A stretch of 57,590 bases of DNA, the filler included, from Sphacelaria rigidula (Eukaryota): NCBI GenBank assembly GCA_964200075.2. It is 5 parts of 5 records of this genome, joined end to end, with 100 filler letters (N's around TTAATTAATTAA, not from the genome) between each part and the next. Parts side by side here need not be neighbours in the genome. Positions count along the whole stretch, not along the records: positions 34,617 to 46,053 come from CAXNAA020004923.1; positions 46,154 to 57,590 come from CAXNAA020004924.1; 3 more parts are not named here. The stretch is one strand, 5' to 3'. The notes under the pieces are model-generated. The model did not search any database and was not told the DNA's origin. It was given only the letters and a program-made list of their open reading frames with translations. The translations under genes and the position numbers were made by a program. Below, in pieces: positions 37,469 to 48,269 of the stretch. Every line of letters starts with the position of its first letter. Position 1 is the first letter of the stretch.

Positions 37469-38809
37469 TATCTGTCCATTGATCTTACCAACCAACGAGC
37501 ACTTACATGTGAACACTCGCTTCATGGGGGTATCATGTTGAAGCCAGTCTGCGTGGAGATCTAGTCATTAACAGCTGCATCTCGTGAAAGCAAGCTAACG
37601 TCAAGAGTGTCTGGTTTGTCGTTACCTTTTTTAGCGTGTGTACATCAACGAAGTAGGGACTCGGATCATAACGCAAAAAGTTTGCACTTTTCGCACACTC
37701 TCCTCTTGTTGTGGACCAGAATCCCATGCGCTGGTGATGAATCCTTCAACTGCAATTATTTTTAGTAATGCTCACTGCAGGAACTCAGGTACAAGACTCC
37801 GCCACAAAAATTCGGCGAGTAGCGCACTTGGGCTAGGACGTACACCTTCGCGCTCAAACGATTATATTACAGGTACCCCCGCAGTCCTAATCGTGAGCTA
37901 TCTCACGGTGGTTTGTTGTTGTCGTTGTCGTCTTCAAATTATAAACCGCTCCGATATCTGCGCGGTACATTCGTACTGGGCATCTGATGCGGACGACTTC
38001 CGTGGTCACAGGTTAGCTACCTATAATAAGGTATGGGAAAATAAATAAAAAGACCCAGATTGAAACTCACAAGGTGGGTTGGGGGCTTCTGTTGATCAAA
38101 TTGTTGTCCGAGAATATCCACTTTGAGATGTTCCTTACGATAGTATAGAGTACTTCGAGCTGTATTGATGTCGATACTGTACCCAACGACAAGTCGATCG
38201 CTTGGCGATGCTTCACCGGGCGGGAATTCACGTGGTGAAAAGTGCGTCCTCGTTGTACAATACATCACATCCATGAACCCCGTTTGATTGCTCGACGACT
38301 TTCCACCTCCCCTACCATGGGATGGCTCCCTCGGAGGGTAGAATGTCCGTCGAGGCTACATACCACGCATGCGTGCTTGACCCTCGCTCTCACGTGACAA
38401 AATGCATCGTCGTCAAACGCTCCGGTGGCATGCGCGTGCACTTACGCAGGACGCAAACCCCTCTTCACTCTCTTGGATGTTGTCGCACAGTGGGAGTTAA
38501 GATCGGAAGAAGATGATTACTACAGTAATACCATATAGGCTGCGCATTTACTGATACCCGACGACACAGCCGTTGTCAAAGGAAAATGGCACCGAATGTT
38601 GAAACAAAACAGAAGCGCTCGTGAAAGAAGAAAAGCGGGAATATACATGTATATATATATATATGTATATACGAGCTGGACCAGCAGTTAATCCCGCATT
38701 CGCTTCCCACGGCACAACTTCTCAAGTTTTCCAAATCAGCGCGACTTGAGCGTATCGTTGTAGAGTGCAGACCAACCTGGTAACACACGGCATCGCCGTT
38801 CAAAAAAGA

Positions 38810-38945
38810 AAAAATGAGGGAAAATATACTGCATAACATATGACCTTATTAGCGACGGACGACGAAAAAAGAGAATCTGTCGGGATTCGAACTCATGATC
38901 TCCATAACTGGAGTCTCCTGTATCACTTGGATTAAAGGGGCGCGG
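38810..38945 (-). mobile_element. Degenerate tRNA-like SINE head
   Basis: Minus strand has TAATCCAAGTGATA (weak A-box) and GAGTTCGAATCC (B-box); no cloverleaf. Confidence 0.35.
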
Positions 38946-39865
38946 CCGTGTCACACGAAAAGTAGTGCAATGCGGCGGCCAATTTGAGGTATTTTTGGCT
39001 GAAACTTCACCACGATGTCCTGGACGCGAATGCCCACAACGTTATTCGGGGAGCAGCCATTATTTTTTCATTTTTTTTCACAGAGTTATAGCATTTTCCC
39101 TTTTTTTGCTGAAAAACTTCAACTCGCTCCAACTTCCTGTTTTGTTTTTGTTTTCCTCTGCACCTCCAATAGGGTTGCGCGGGTCGTTGACGAAAAATTC
39201 GTGTCATAATTTAATTGCCTAGTTCTTTGGATCGCCGATCGCATCGCAGTTCTTCATTAAAAAATCACTGTCAGCTGGCCCAGCTCATATATACTTCGAA
39301 GTATACACACGGCAGCAAGAAGTAAACCGAGAAACAAAACAAAAAACAAACGAAACAGAAGCAAACCAGAACCGAAACCGAAATCGAAATCAACAAAACA
39401 AAACAAAACCAGCGGGAAGGGAAAGGGAAGCAACGGAGGAGAACTACAAAAATAAATAATTAGGTCAAGCGCTAGGAGAGAGGGCGGACAAATAACCAAC
39501 TCTCACAAAAATACCGAAATCATACGGTGTGATTCGGATGTGAAACCAAAACGGGATTGACTGCGGGGTGGTATACAATATTATGCATGATGTGCACCCC
39601 GACCTGCCATACGCACAGTACACCATAGGGCATTTTGTTTCAGTTCGAGATTACTACGAGTTCCCCTTGGCAAACTTTACCAGTATTTTGGTCATTCGCG
39701 AAGAAACCCACTTTTGTAGCGAAAACTGCTGCGCCGAATCTGCCGTATTCACTATCCTCAGCTAAGCGCCGGACCCGTCGCCATGAGCAGTAAGCCTGAT
39801 CTGCGTAAAGAGGCAATACCGCGCGCGTCTAGACTAGAGACCCCGGGGTGCGCCACTGAGGTTCA

Positions 39866-41200
39866 CTAACGAGGTCTCTCAGTTCGAAAGAACTGGAAGA
39901 AAAAGTAAGCGGCCAAAGCGCACAGCAGGTGCCAGATCCCATGAGCTTGATACACCGAGTCAGGGTGGCACCAGGGGTGGTGGGCTCTGCCGGTCTGCCA
40001 CACAGCAAACGCCACGCCGAATGAGAATAGGCCAAGCACCGCCCAAGGCCGATACGCCCGGTGGTAGCTCGGTCGACCGTTGGTCACGATGGCTGGCACC
40101 CAGAACAGCAACAGCCACCAATGTTGGACCGGACCAGCCACCACGTTCGATGGGCGCAGGCCTCGAAGCGCGACGACACCCAGGCCGAGCAGGCCCGACA
40201 GTGATCGGAGCCACACGATCGGGAAACGATACAGCAGTTCGGTGATGCACCATAGCCCAACAGGTACGTCGAAAAGGTGGACCCCGATACCTAGCTTGGG
40301 GCCATAAAACCATGAAACTGCGGCAGACACCGACACGATGGAAACGTACACGGCAACGGCGGTCCCTGTTCGCCAGCGGCCGGTTAAGGCCAGATTGTAG
40401 CAGACGGGAATCCATATGAGGGTTACCATCGATAACGCGTCGAGCCATGAGCCCCAATACGTGTTCGTGCCGTGCATGGCCGCCGATGCGAGACCCAGAA
40501 ACAACACCGTGTACCCGTAGAGGAGGGCGATGGCGGTGTTACCAATGAACTGACCCCCTTCAATAAATCCGTCCCGGTATGATGTAGCACCGGTGTGCCG
40601 GCTATAAGTGATGACGTACGGGAGGTTGTCCCGCGGAGTTTGGATATCAACTGCAGCAATTGCAGAAGCGCTCTCAGCTGCAGAACTACGCAGGGTTGGC
40701 ATGAACCTTGACTCGCCCCGACGCCCCGCCCAAAGTTGCTCACCCCTCCATGCGACTGGCCCGTCGACGGCTGGCGCATCACGCGCAAGTATGAGAAGGA
40801 CGACCAGACCGGCCACCACGAATCCGATGTTGCTGATGGCATTGATTGGCTCTCTGAGTAATCCACTGTGGACACATTCACACCACTCGGAGGCCTCACC
40901 GACCGAGGTGGCTGTGTCGTGCAGCTCACCGAAACCCACCGTTTTACCCACGGCCACGTAGGTGGCGATGCTGAAGGTTACGAAGCTCAGCCCTAACAGG
41001 GGATGCCGGTTTTGGCCATGTTCCAATCTATCTAAGCATCCGGGCTGCACCAGCACGGTGTGCGCGGGGGGGCGTTCATAGTATATGGGGCAGCTGTCCG
41101 CCACAGGCAAGGTACTGACACCCTGCGACACCATATTCACGGCACCGACATGGCAGTTTTGCCCACCGCCGTCACCTACGCCATTGCCGTCAGTGATCAT
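39866..41200 (-). CDS. CREST-superfamily (alkaline ceramidase-like) multi-pass membrane hydrolase
   Basis: 444-aa ORF with WCE...REPINAISN, GLASAAMHGT (SxxxH), WLD and QAHGIWH (HxxxH) motifs and at least 7 hydrophobic segments. A TAG acceptor at 41206-41208 and a phase-compatible upstream exon (42466-42166, CAG/GTACGT) suggest the N-terminus may be longer. Confidence 0.85.
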   Translation of the reverse strand: MITDGNGVGDGGGQNCHVGAVNMVSQGVSTLPVADSCPIYYERPPAHTVLVQPGCLDRLEHGQNRHPLLGLSFVTFSIATYVAVGKTVGFGELHDTATSVGEASEWCECVHSGLLREPINAISNIGFVVAGLVVLLILARDAPAVDGPVAWRGEQLWAGRRGESRFMPTLRSSAAESASAIAAVDIQTPRDNLPYVITYSRHTGATSYRDGFIEGGQFIGNTAIALLYGYTVLFLGLASAAMHGTNTYWGSWLDALSMVTLIWIPVCYNLALTGRWRTGTAVAVYVSIVSVSAAVSWFYGPKLGIGVHLFDVPVGLWCITELLYRFPIVWLRSLSGLLGLGVVALRGLRPSNVVAGPVQHWWLLLFWVPAIVTNGRPSYHRAYRPWAVLGLFSFGVAFAVWQTGRAHHPWCHPDSVYQAHGIWHLLCALAAYFFFQFFRTERPR

Positions 41201-41600
41201 GAGAGCTAACGAGTCCCGTTGTTGTGCAATTGCCTGCTAGTGCATCTTCCTCTCGTTATTATGTAAGGCAGCGGCGTGCGTGACGTTCCCACTGACATAT
41301 CCGGCGGCCACAAGGCCGCGAATAAGAAATATATATCTTCGCAGCTGTGATAGCTCTCGTGCGACTGCGCAGTGCCTCCGAAGTCGTTACTCGATTGAAA
41401 GCCGTCAAGAATAAGGGACCTGGCTGGAGAGCAACCGAAGCAAACCCAACCAATACTCCCCGGGAGATTGACATAAATGAGGAATATTCCTGGGAATCGG
41501 CGCGTGGTCAACCATCGATCGTTTCCGTTCTCCGCTTGGTATGTCTTCAAATCGCCTTTATTACACCCACTACGGTACCCTTAATCCTTCATAAATTTCA

Positions 41601-42002
41601 GGGTCTTGCTATTTACGTCAACGTTGACGTAATCTGTTACATCCGTCAACGTTCAGCGTCCGTCCCACAAGCCCCGCATGGACACAGCAACACATACATG
41701 GAAAACACTCACACAGTCTCTAGCTATCGTTCAAGCCATCGCACGGAGCAAACGGACCCGTAACGGATGAGATATATTCTTATGGCAGAGTGAGCACTCT
41801 TGTGGCATGCCACCATGCATTATGAATGTATCTCATCCGTTACGGGTCCGTTTGCTCCGTGCGATGGCTTGAACGATAGCTAGAGACTGTGTGAGTGTTT
41901 TCCATGTATGTGTTGCTGTGTCTATGCGGGGCTTGTGGGACGGATGCTGAACGTTGACGGATGTAACATATTACGTCAACGTTGACGTAAATAGCAAGAC
42001 CC
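41601..42002. mobile_element. Mutator (MULE)-like MITE, 402 bp, near-perfect foldback
   Basis: Arms 41601-41779 and 41824-42002 are reverse complements with a handful of mismatches. GGG...CCC termini; 9-bp AT-rich TSD TAAATTTCA / TAAATTTTA. Confidence 0.92.
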
Positions 42003-44653
42003 TAAATTTTATTGCCCAAGTACAGGTAACGGTTTCACAACAGTGCAATCTCGCATTTACAGGCACTTGCACATCAAATTAAGAACCGTGTGCGCCCGAG
42101 AAGTCATGGATATCGCAACCTACAGAGCGTGCACCACGTGCTGCATGCATGTCGCTCTCACGTACAGGCATCGTCTCCCCAATCCATAGCGTGATAAACT
42201 GCCCTGTCTACATTGCTGGCTGACTTCGGAGATGGGGCGCATTCATTCTCGAGCTGTTGATGAAGCGTTCCCTGTCGACGGCCCGCTGATGACTTGCCGT
42301 TTGCGGGACAACGGGTTATTGTTGGTATGGAATCGGTACGATGCGGTGACTGCGTTGGGGTAAGAGGCGGCGCTTGCAGAGTTCGCGTTGCGCTCTCTAC
42401 GGATTGGTGGCGCCAGACACTTGTCCGTATCAGGAGTGCCCTCAGAGGTGTTGCACAAGGAGGGTACTGTAGACGGAAGTCGGACCCGTACAAGACAAAA
42501 TTCATACGTCGGGGCTAACGATGCCAATTGTGGTTTAATGTCGATTTTTTTCACCGAGAGGGGTAGAAGCGGTGATCGGCAGCCTGATCAGGGCACCAAG
42601 CAGCTCATGAAGCCGAGATATACTATACATGGTGGAATGTATAGGTAAATATGTAAAATAAACGAGCACTCCGGAGTATATGTATAATAGCTACGTCGGA
42701 CATCACACCAATGATCTGAAAGGGGTAATGAAGTAACACGGTAAATGAGTCAAATAAGTGAAGAGTACAAGATTGGATGCCGAAATAGGAGTCGAGATGG
42801 GTGGTCGGTCATATACATACACGGAAGGGCCCTGCCTCTACGGGATGAATTACACTGGTGTGTCGAAGGAAAGCGTAGGGAAGGTGTTTTGTATCTACAC
42901 ATTGTCTTAGGTTCTTATGGAGGCTGGTGCGACTGCGCTCAGTGCCATCTCCAGATGGAAGCCAAGGATCGGATACGTGAGGGTTCACTCTGTTTTTTAA
43001 CGGGGGTGATTCATGAGGTTTTGAGGTTTTTCCTACCCAGCCCCCGCGCCCCCCCTACGCNNNNNNNNNNGAAACCAAGGAGCGGGTAACGGGGGGTTCT
43101 CCTTTTTTTTTAACGGGGGGGGTTTATGGGGGTTTTGGGTTTTTCCTCCCCCCCCCCCCCCCCCCCCCCCAAGGCGTTGGGAGCGCATAATGCGACAAGA
43201 TTCGAAAGCAATTGTAATAAAAACTATACTCGTTGTTCCGTGTCGCTGAAGGCATCCACGATCCTTCAACAGGCGACCCTTCACGTTGCCTCCCCGTCCT
43301 TGTAACCGATGATATCCTCGTATAGACGGAGGGGCTCCACATTTTTAGTGATACCTTGCTTTATTACGCCAGCATACCTTGACAACACAACCGAACTGAC
43401 TCAGTAACCGTATCATATCCTGTAAACGACAACAGTATCAAGATAGATATTGCCACACGACCCAAGCACGACCTGCTCTGAACGTGCCTCATCTAAAATA
43501 CTAAAGACGACAACAGTAGTACGAAATATGTAGCCAGTCAGCGAGAGAAAGCGGCGCAATCAATTCCGGGCATTTTCGCTTGTTTTTTGTGTGGTTTGTT
43601 CAACACCCCCACATGGAAGTTATTGACATCTTGATCATTAGTTATACACTGTGCCCGAGTCGTCATCATCAATCAATTCATTGATTAAGCTCTTCTTTTT
43701 GTGTCAAGCCACCGCCACCTGAACTAGCATTGCTTGCTTCCGGGAAAATGCGTCAATTCAACCTGCTCGTGCCTGCTTTTGATCTCTCCGGGTATTTCGA
43801 TCATGTGACTACGGGTTGGAACGACAATTTCACGTGTGGCGGTGAAAAACAAATATAACCCTCTCAGGATGGACGTCTCGCACATCTGTTCACCTTCTAT
43901 GCCTTTGCTAGCGAGCCTCAGCCCCAGGGAACAAGGGAAAACACAAGTCTGAAACATGGTTGATCTTTTTGGTGTGAAGGTCAGTCAAATTGAGTGCGCC
44001 GGTTGACTCGTTAGGCACACCACGCCAGGTCTGCGTCACGAACAGTACAAGTACAACATGCAGCCAACACATGCCTGCTTGCGAATTTGAACTCCAGTTG
44101 TCAACAGTCAAAGCGTTCCCCGCGCGCCGCACCGACAACGTGTATGGGTTGCATGATGAAGCAGCAAGAGCGCCCTGACCTCAGGCGTTGGAAAACGGAG
44201 TGAATGCAATACCCATGGCACACGTCATGTTCTCCCCTTCATGCTTCCCTGTACAGCACACTCCAGTACTCCAGTGAGTGCACTTGTCTAGCGGATACAT
44301 TTGTCTCCAGTTTGGAATCCACGAAAAGATACTAAATATCCACTCGTACTGATGTGCTGTGTAGCCGCAGGTCGTACTCTGCTGTCTGTCGTCTGTTGTC
44401 ATCTCTGATCCCTGATCACACATGGGGAAACAACGATACTGCACAGAGACCGTCGATAGCTATAGATATTGCGCACGAGTCATCTCAACAGTCCTCAATC
44501 ATGTGTGATGTTTGTGTAAATGGTCCGAAACCAAGTTCGCGCCCATGCCGCGTGACGTGCAGCTCAAATAAGGCAAGCACGACTTCGGTCCCGCATGGTA
44601 CGCAATCAGTTGGTGGAGACACATCGTTGTGGTCTACTCATTATAGTATCATT

Positions 44654-45369
44654 CAGAGAGGGAATCCAATCTAGAGTATACTCGTACTCGACGGATCCGA
44701 TCCGGATTTCCGAAATCTAGATATGCAGTCACCGCGGCTGGATTCGTGGGGCATCGGTTAAACTATGACAATCGATCACTCAGTCAGCCATCAATCAGTC
44801 CGTACCCTTTTTCAAATCTGCGGATGCCCTTCCTCAAATCTACAGGTATAGGTGAAGGGGATAGATGTACAGTAGTAGTACAGCAATACCAGCGACACAT
44901 TGCCGGTATGCCGATACGTGATGTACAGTAGTTGTCCAGCAGGTGCGAGCACTGTTGTAAGGGGGTCATGACGTGAATCTGTAACATATTTAGACGTTTG
45001 TGCTTTTTTTCTTTTCATTTATTCAGTTGTCGACTCGAGAAACCACTCCACAGTAGTACTCGTGCTGCCTCAAGGGGGGCGCATGGTCTTGAGATATACG
45101 TACAGTGTCTGATGAATCGCGCGGAGCACCGAGTAGTGTTCATACAACGTCCATTAACGCCATACGACGTCCACGGCAAGCATGTATGTCCCCGAACGTG
45201 TCAATCCGCGGCAAATCCGGATATGTCTGTCCCGAGATTCCGACGGATATCCGAATCCACCACACAGGCGGACATCCATAGGAATGTAATGCCGCGGATT
45301 GAGTCTAGATGAATTTCTGAGATCCTGACTCCGATTTGACGGCACTTTTGGCCAGGGATTCCATCTCTA
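44654..45369. mobile_element. Possible old hAT-like non-autonomous element
   Basis: Termini CAGAGAGGGAATCC / GGATTCCATCTCTA (12/14), with GGAT/ATCC-rich subterminal zones at both ends. No TSD found. Confidence 0.4.
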
Positions 45370-45561
45370 GTTGTACGTCGCCAATTTACCACGCACAAGG
45401 GCTCCTATACTACAGTACAGCACAGTGCACATGGCACAGTTCATATGCCCACACTTTCTACATAGTCAAGTGCTACCTACTACTACTGTCTGTGTTGACC
45501 GCGCCTTCATCACCGTTCTTCCCCATACCGTGCGCCTTGTGTACCTTCGCACACACCCCAG

Positions 45562-45940
45562 CGGCAACGACACCATGACGAACACGACGCCGCATCACAC
45601 CAACGGCAACCAACAAAATCCCCCTCACCACCGCCACCACAGCCGTCTTCATCCCTTGAGCACCTCTTTCGACAATGGAGACTCAACGACTCCCTTCGAC
45701 GCTACCATGCACGAAACCTTAAAATCACAAACCTGTACCCTTGGCAAGCAAGATGTCTAGCGGAACCGGGGGTGGTGGAGGGTACGCGGGATCTCCTATA
45801 CTTTGCCCCGACCTCGGGCGGGAAGACCATGGTGGCCGAATTGGTGCTCCTTCTGAGAGTTGCCGGGCCACGGATGCCGCTGGTGCGGGACTCGCAGATG
45901 GCACCGGGTGGAGCATGGGGTGCGGCGCGTAGTGGCGTAG
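45562..45940 (+). CDS. Exon of a DNA polymerase theta / HELQ-type SF2 helicase (Q motif + Walker A)
   Basis: Frame reads ...KITNLYPWQARCL...EGTRDLLYFAPTSGGKTMVAELVLL, the POLQ/HELQ signature. CAG acceptor at 45559-45561 and GTGAG donor at 45941. POLQ and HELQ cannot be told apart here; the rest of the gene is off-contig. Confidence 0.85.
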
Positions 45941-46053
45941 GTGAGATTGATTGGCTCGGTAGGGGGGGGGGGGGGAAAGGGGGTCAGGGGGGGTGGGAAA
46001 TGTCCACAAGGTACCACGTGCGGGCGGGGGGACACAAAGAAATGACCCGAAAC

Positions 46054-46153
46054 NNNNNNNNNNNNNNNNNNNNNNNNNNNNNNNNNNNNNNNNNNNNTTA
46101 ATTAATTAANNNNNNNNNNNNNNNNNNNNNNNNNNNNNNNNNNNNNNNNNNNN
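46054..46153. other. Artificial contig-joining spacer
   Basis: Same 44N-TTAATTAATTAA-44N structure. Confidence 0.97.
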
Positions 46154-46662
46154 TCCATTTTTTTCGCCGGTCCGTGGGCCCCTGATAACTTGTTTTTCCT
46201 CCCTCCCCCCTCCTTCACGCCGGGGGGGGGGGGGGGGGCGGCGAGAGTCAAAAGTGCGGCAAATGTCTCCTTGTTTTCACTGTCAGGGAGGTATACATGG
46301 TGTTCCCGAACTTCACCCTGCTTCCCGTACTGCGACACTTGTGGGGAGGTACAAAGGACGTTGACATTGTATGACCTCTTGAACATGTGGTTCGAGGTAC
46401 AAATGCGCATGCATAGACTCAAATGCTACCGCTCATCGCATTTGGGGTTTTTTGCTTGCCTGTGACTACGGAAGGCGTCCGCATCAGATGCCCAGTACGA
46501 ATGTACCTCTCAGATATCGTACCGGCTCTTCCAATATCTAGACACTAACCCCACCCCGCCCTCACCCGCCCGCAGCTGCAGCTAAACTCCACCATTACAG
46601 GAGATCGAGATAGTACCACGTAGTGACCAGTTCGAGTTCCTGCTCAATAAACCGGTATTAAT

Positions 46663-46960
46663 GCCGGGTCCCGGTGGTTCAGGTAGTAGATCCATGCACA
46701 GGCCTAGGCGGGTTAGGGAGGCTCGAATTCCGGAAGATACGTATATTTCTCGCGGGTATCCGATGGTAATGGTTGAAACTGTGAAGAAGTGAGTATCAAG
46801 GAAAGTTCGACGAAGGTTGACGCGGTGCGGGAGTGCTGGTCATGATCCAATCCGCGATACCAAAAGTTTAGGTATATACCGGGGGAGAAATGGGTTGATC
46901 TCTTGAGGCTACGAACTAGCTCCGAGGACGGGGGGGGGATCAGATGCACGGAGAAACAAA
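46663..46960 (+). mobile_element. Diverged tRNA-derived SINE
   Basis: CCGGTGGTTCAGGTAG (A-box-like) and GGCTCGAATTCC (B-box-like). The body TTCGAC..GGTTGACG..CCGCGATA resembles the other SINE copies; A-rich end. Confidence 0.5.
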
Positions 46961-48269
46961 AGAAGACAGTGTTTTTTTCCGAGTGTCATGCCTGGATGGC
47001 TCCGTCTTCAAGCACCGTAGAGACACGTCCGAAGCCCTCCTCGACCTTACAACGCAGTTGAGACCAGTCCCCGTGCGCTAGTCCCGCGTCGTCATGGCTT
47101 ATCTTGCGCGCCTGCTCACGCTCCGCTGTACAGAGCGCGCTCAAGAACGTGTGGTACCTTGTACAGTTTTGTATGTCATTTTTTCAGTCAAAATTCAGAA
47201 CGCGACATGGCGTACAGGGGGACAAGAAAACGAAAAATTACGATCGAGTGAAGCCGAAGACGTCAGACATCGGGGGACATCCAAACACACGAGACTGTCA
47301 GCGTAAGCTGGTTACTTAAACCGCGCAGAGAAGGGAACAGTGTCCGGTGAATCGGCCAAAATCCCTGTTACGGTCCCTTCCAAAAGTGTTCATCATTCGA
47401 CACCCTCGGCGCGTCGGTCAAAATGTACCAAAGCGATCAACACTCGATCTGCGTGCAGGAAGTGTTACTGAGATGAACTAGAGCGAAACAGCACTCGATC
47501 CAGCAGTCTGAAGCGTCGTGAAGATTAACAACCGGCTATAAAAGTCTCCACGTAGAAATACTACAACGGCCAGAGACTGCGTGTCCATGCAGGCTCACTG
47601 TCCGAAGATCTCTGACTGAAAAATTCCATTTGAGGTCCCAGTTCTAACGTCAGCCCTTATTTCTCGCTCATTTTTCGAATTTTTCATTGTGCAACTTGGC
47701 CCGTACTCGCTGTAACTCTGGCTTTGCTTGACAGAACAAACCAAGCAGCACAAAAATCCGCTCGGTCATTGACCAGATCGAACATTTCTGCCGCGACGTG
47801 TTCAGGTAGTCACGTACTCTGAAGGGTACAGAAAAAGCTGAAGAAACTTGAGTTTAAGTGGCCCGTGCGACAAGAAAAAACGCAGAATTGTCCGTTTGTT
47901 TACGACCATGCGACCGTAACAACAATATAGCGACACAGGCACTCTCTGCTCTGCTCTGGCCACCAGCAGAAACGGCACCACGGTACAGCCCTGCTATTGC
48001 TACTTTCACCTACTGTAGTACGAGGCGTTCGCGCTGTGCACGACTTCTCTCGTAGGCCTACAGCTTGCACGGTCAGTACAGCACTACTGCCGTCGTTTCA
48101 AAGTACAATATGCATTCAGTAGTTGGTAGGAGAGTGTGTGCATGTGGTACGTACGACGCAAGTACCGTGCCACTCGCAATTTACTTCATGTATATTCTCA
48201 ACAGGAAAAGCAAGCTCATGTCAGGGTCCGCACAGTCTGCAGGCAGCAGTATTTATCCTCTAGGTGCCT

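Noticed and set aside
43030..43172. G/C homopolymer-rich tracts as regulatory G-quadruplexes (also ~13757-13850, 45961-46053, 46154-46240, 57400-57590)
   Set aside because: They abut N gaps or contig ends and look like low-quality read tails; the sequence is unreliable.
46200..46420. Possible minus-strand exon (GEVREHHVYLPDSENKETFAALL)
   Set aside because: Cannot be linked to a gene or family and runs into unreliable contig-end sequence.
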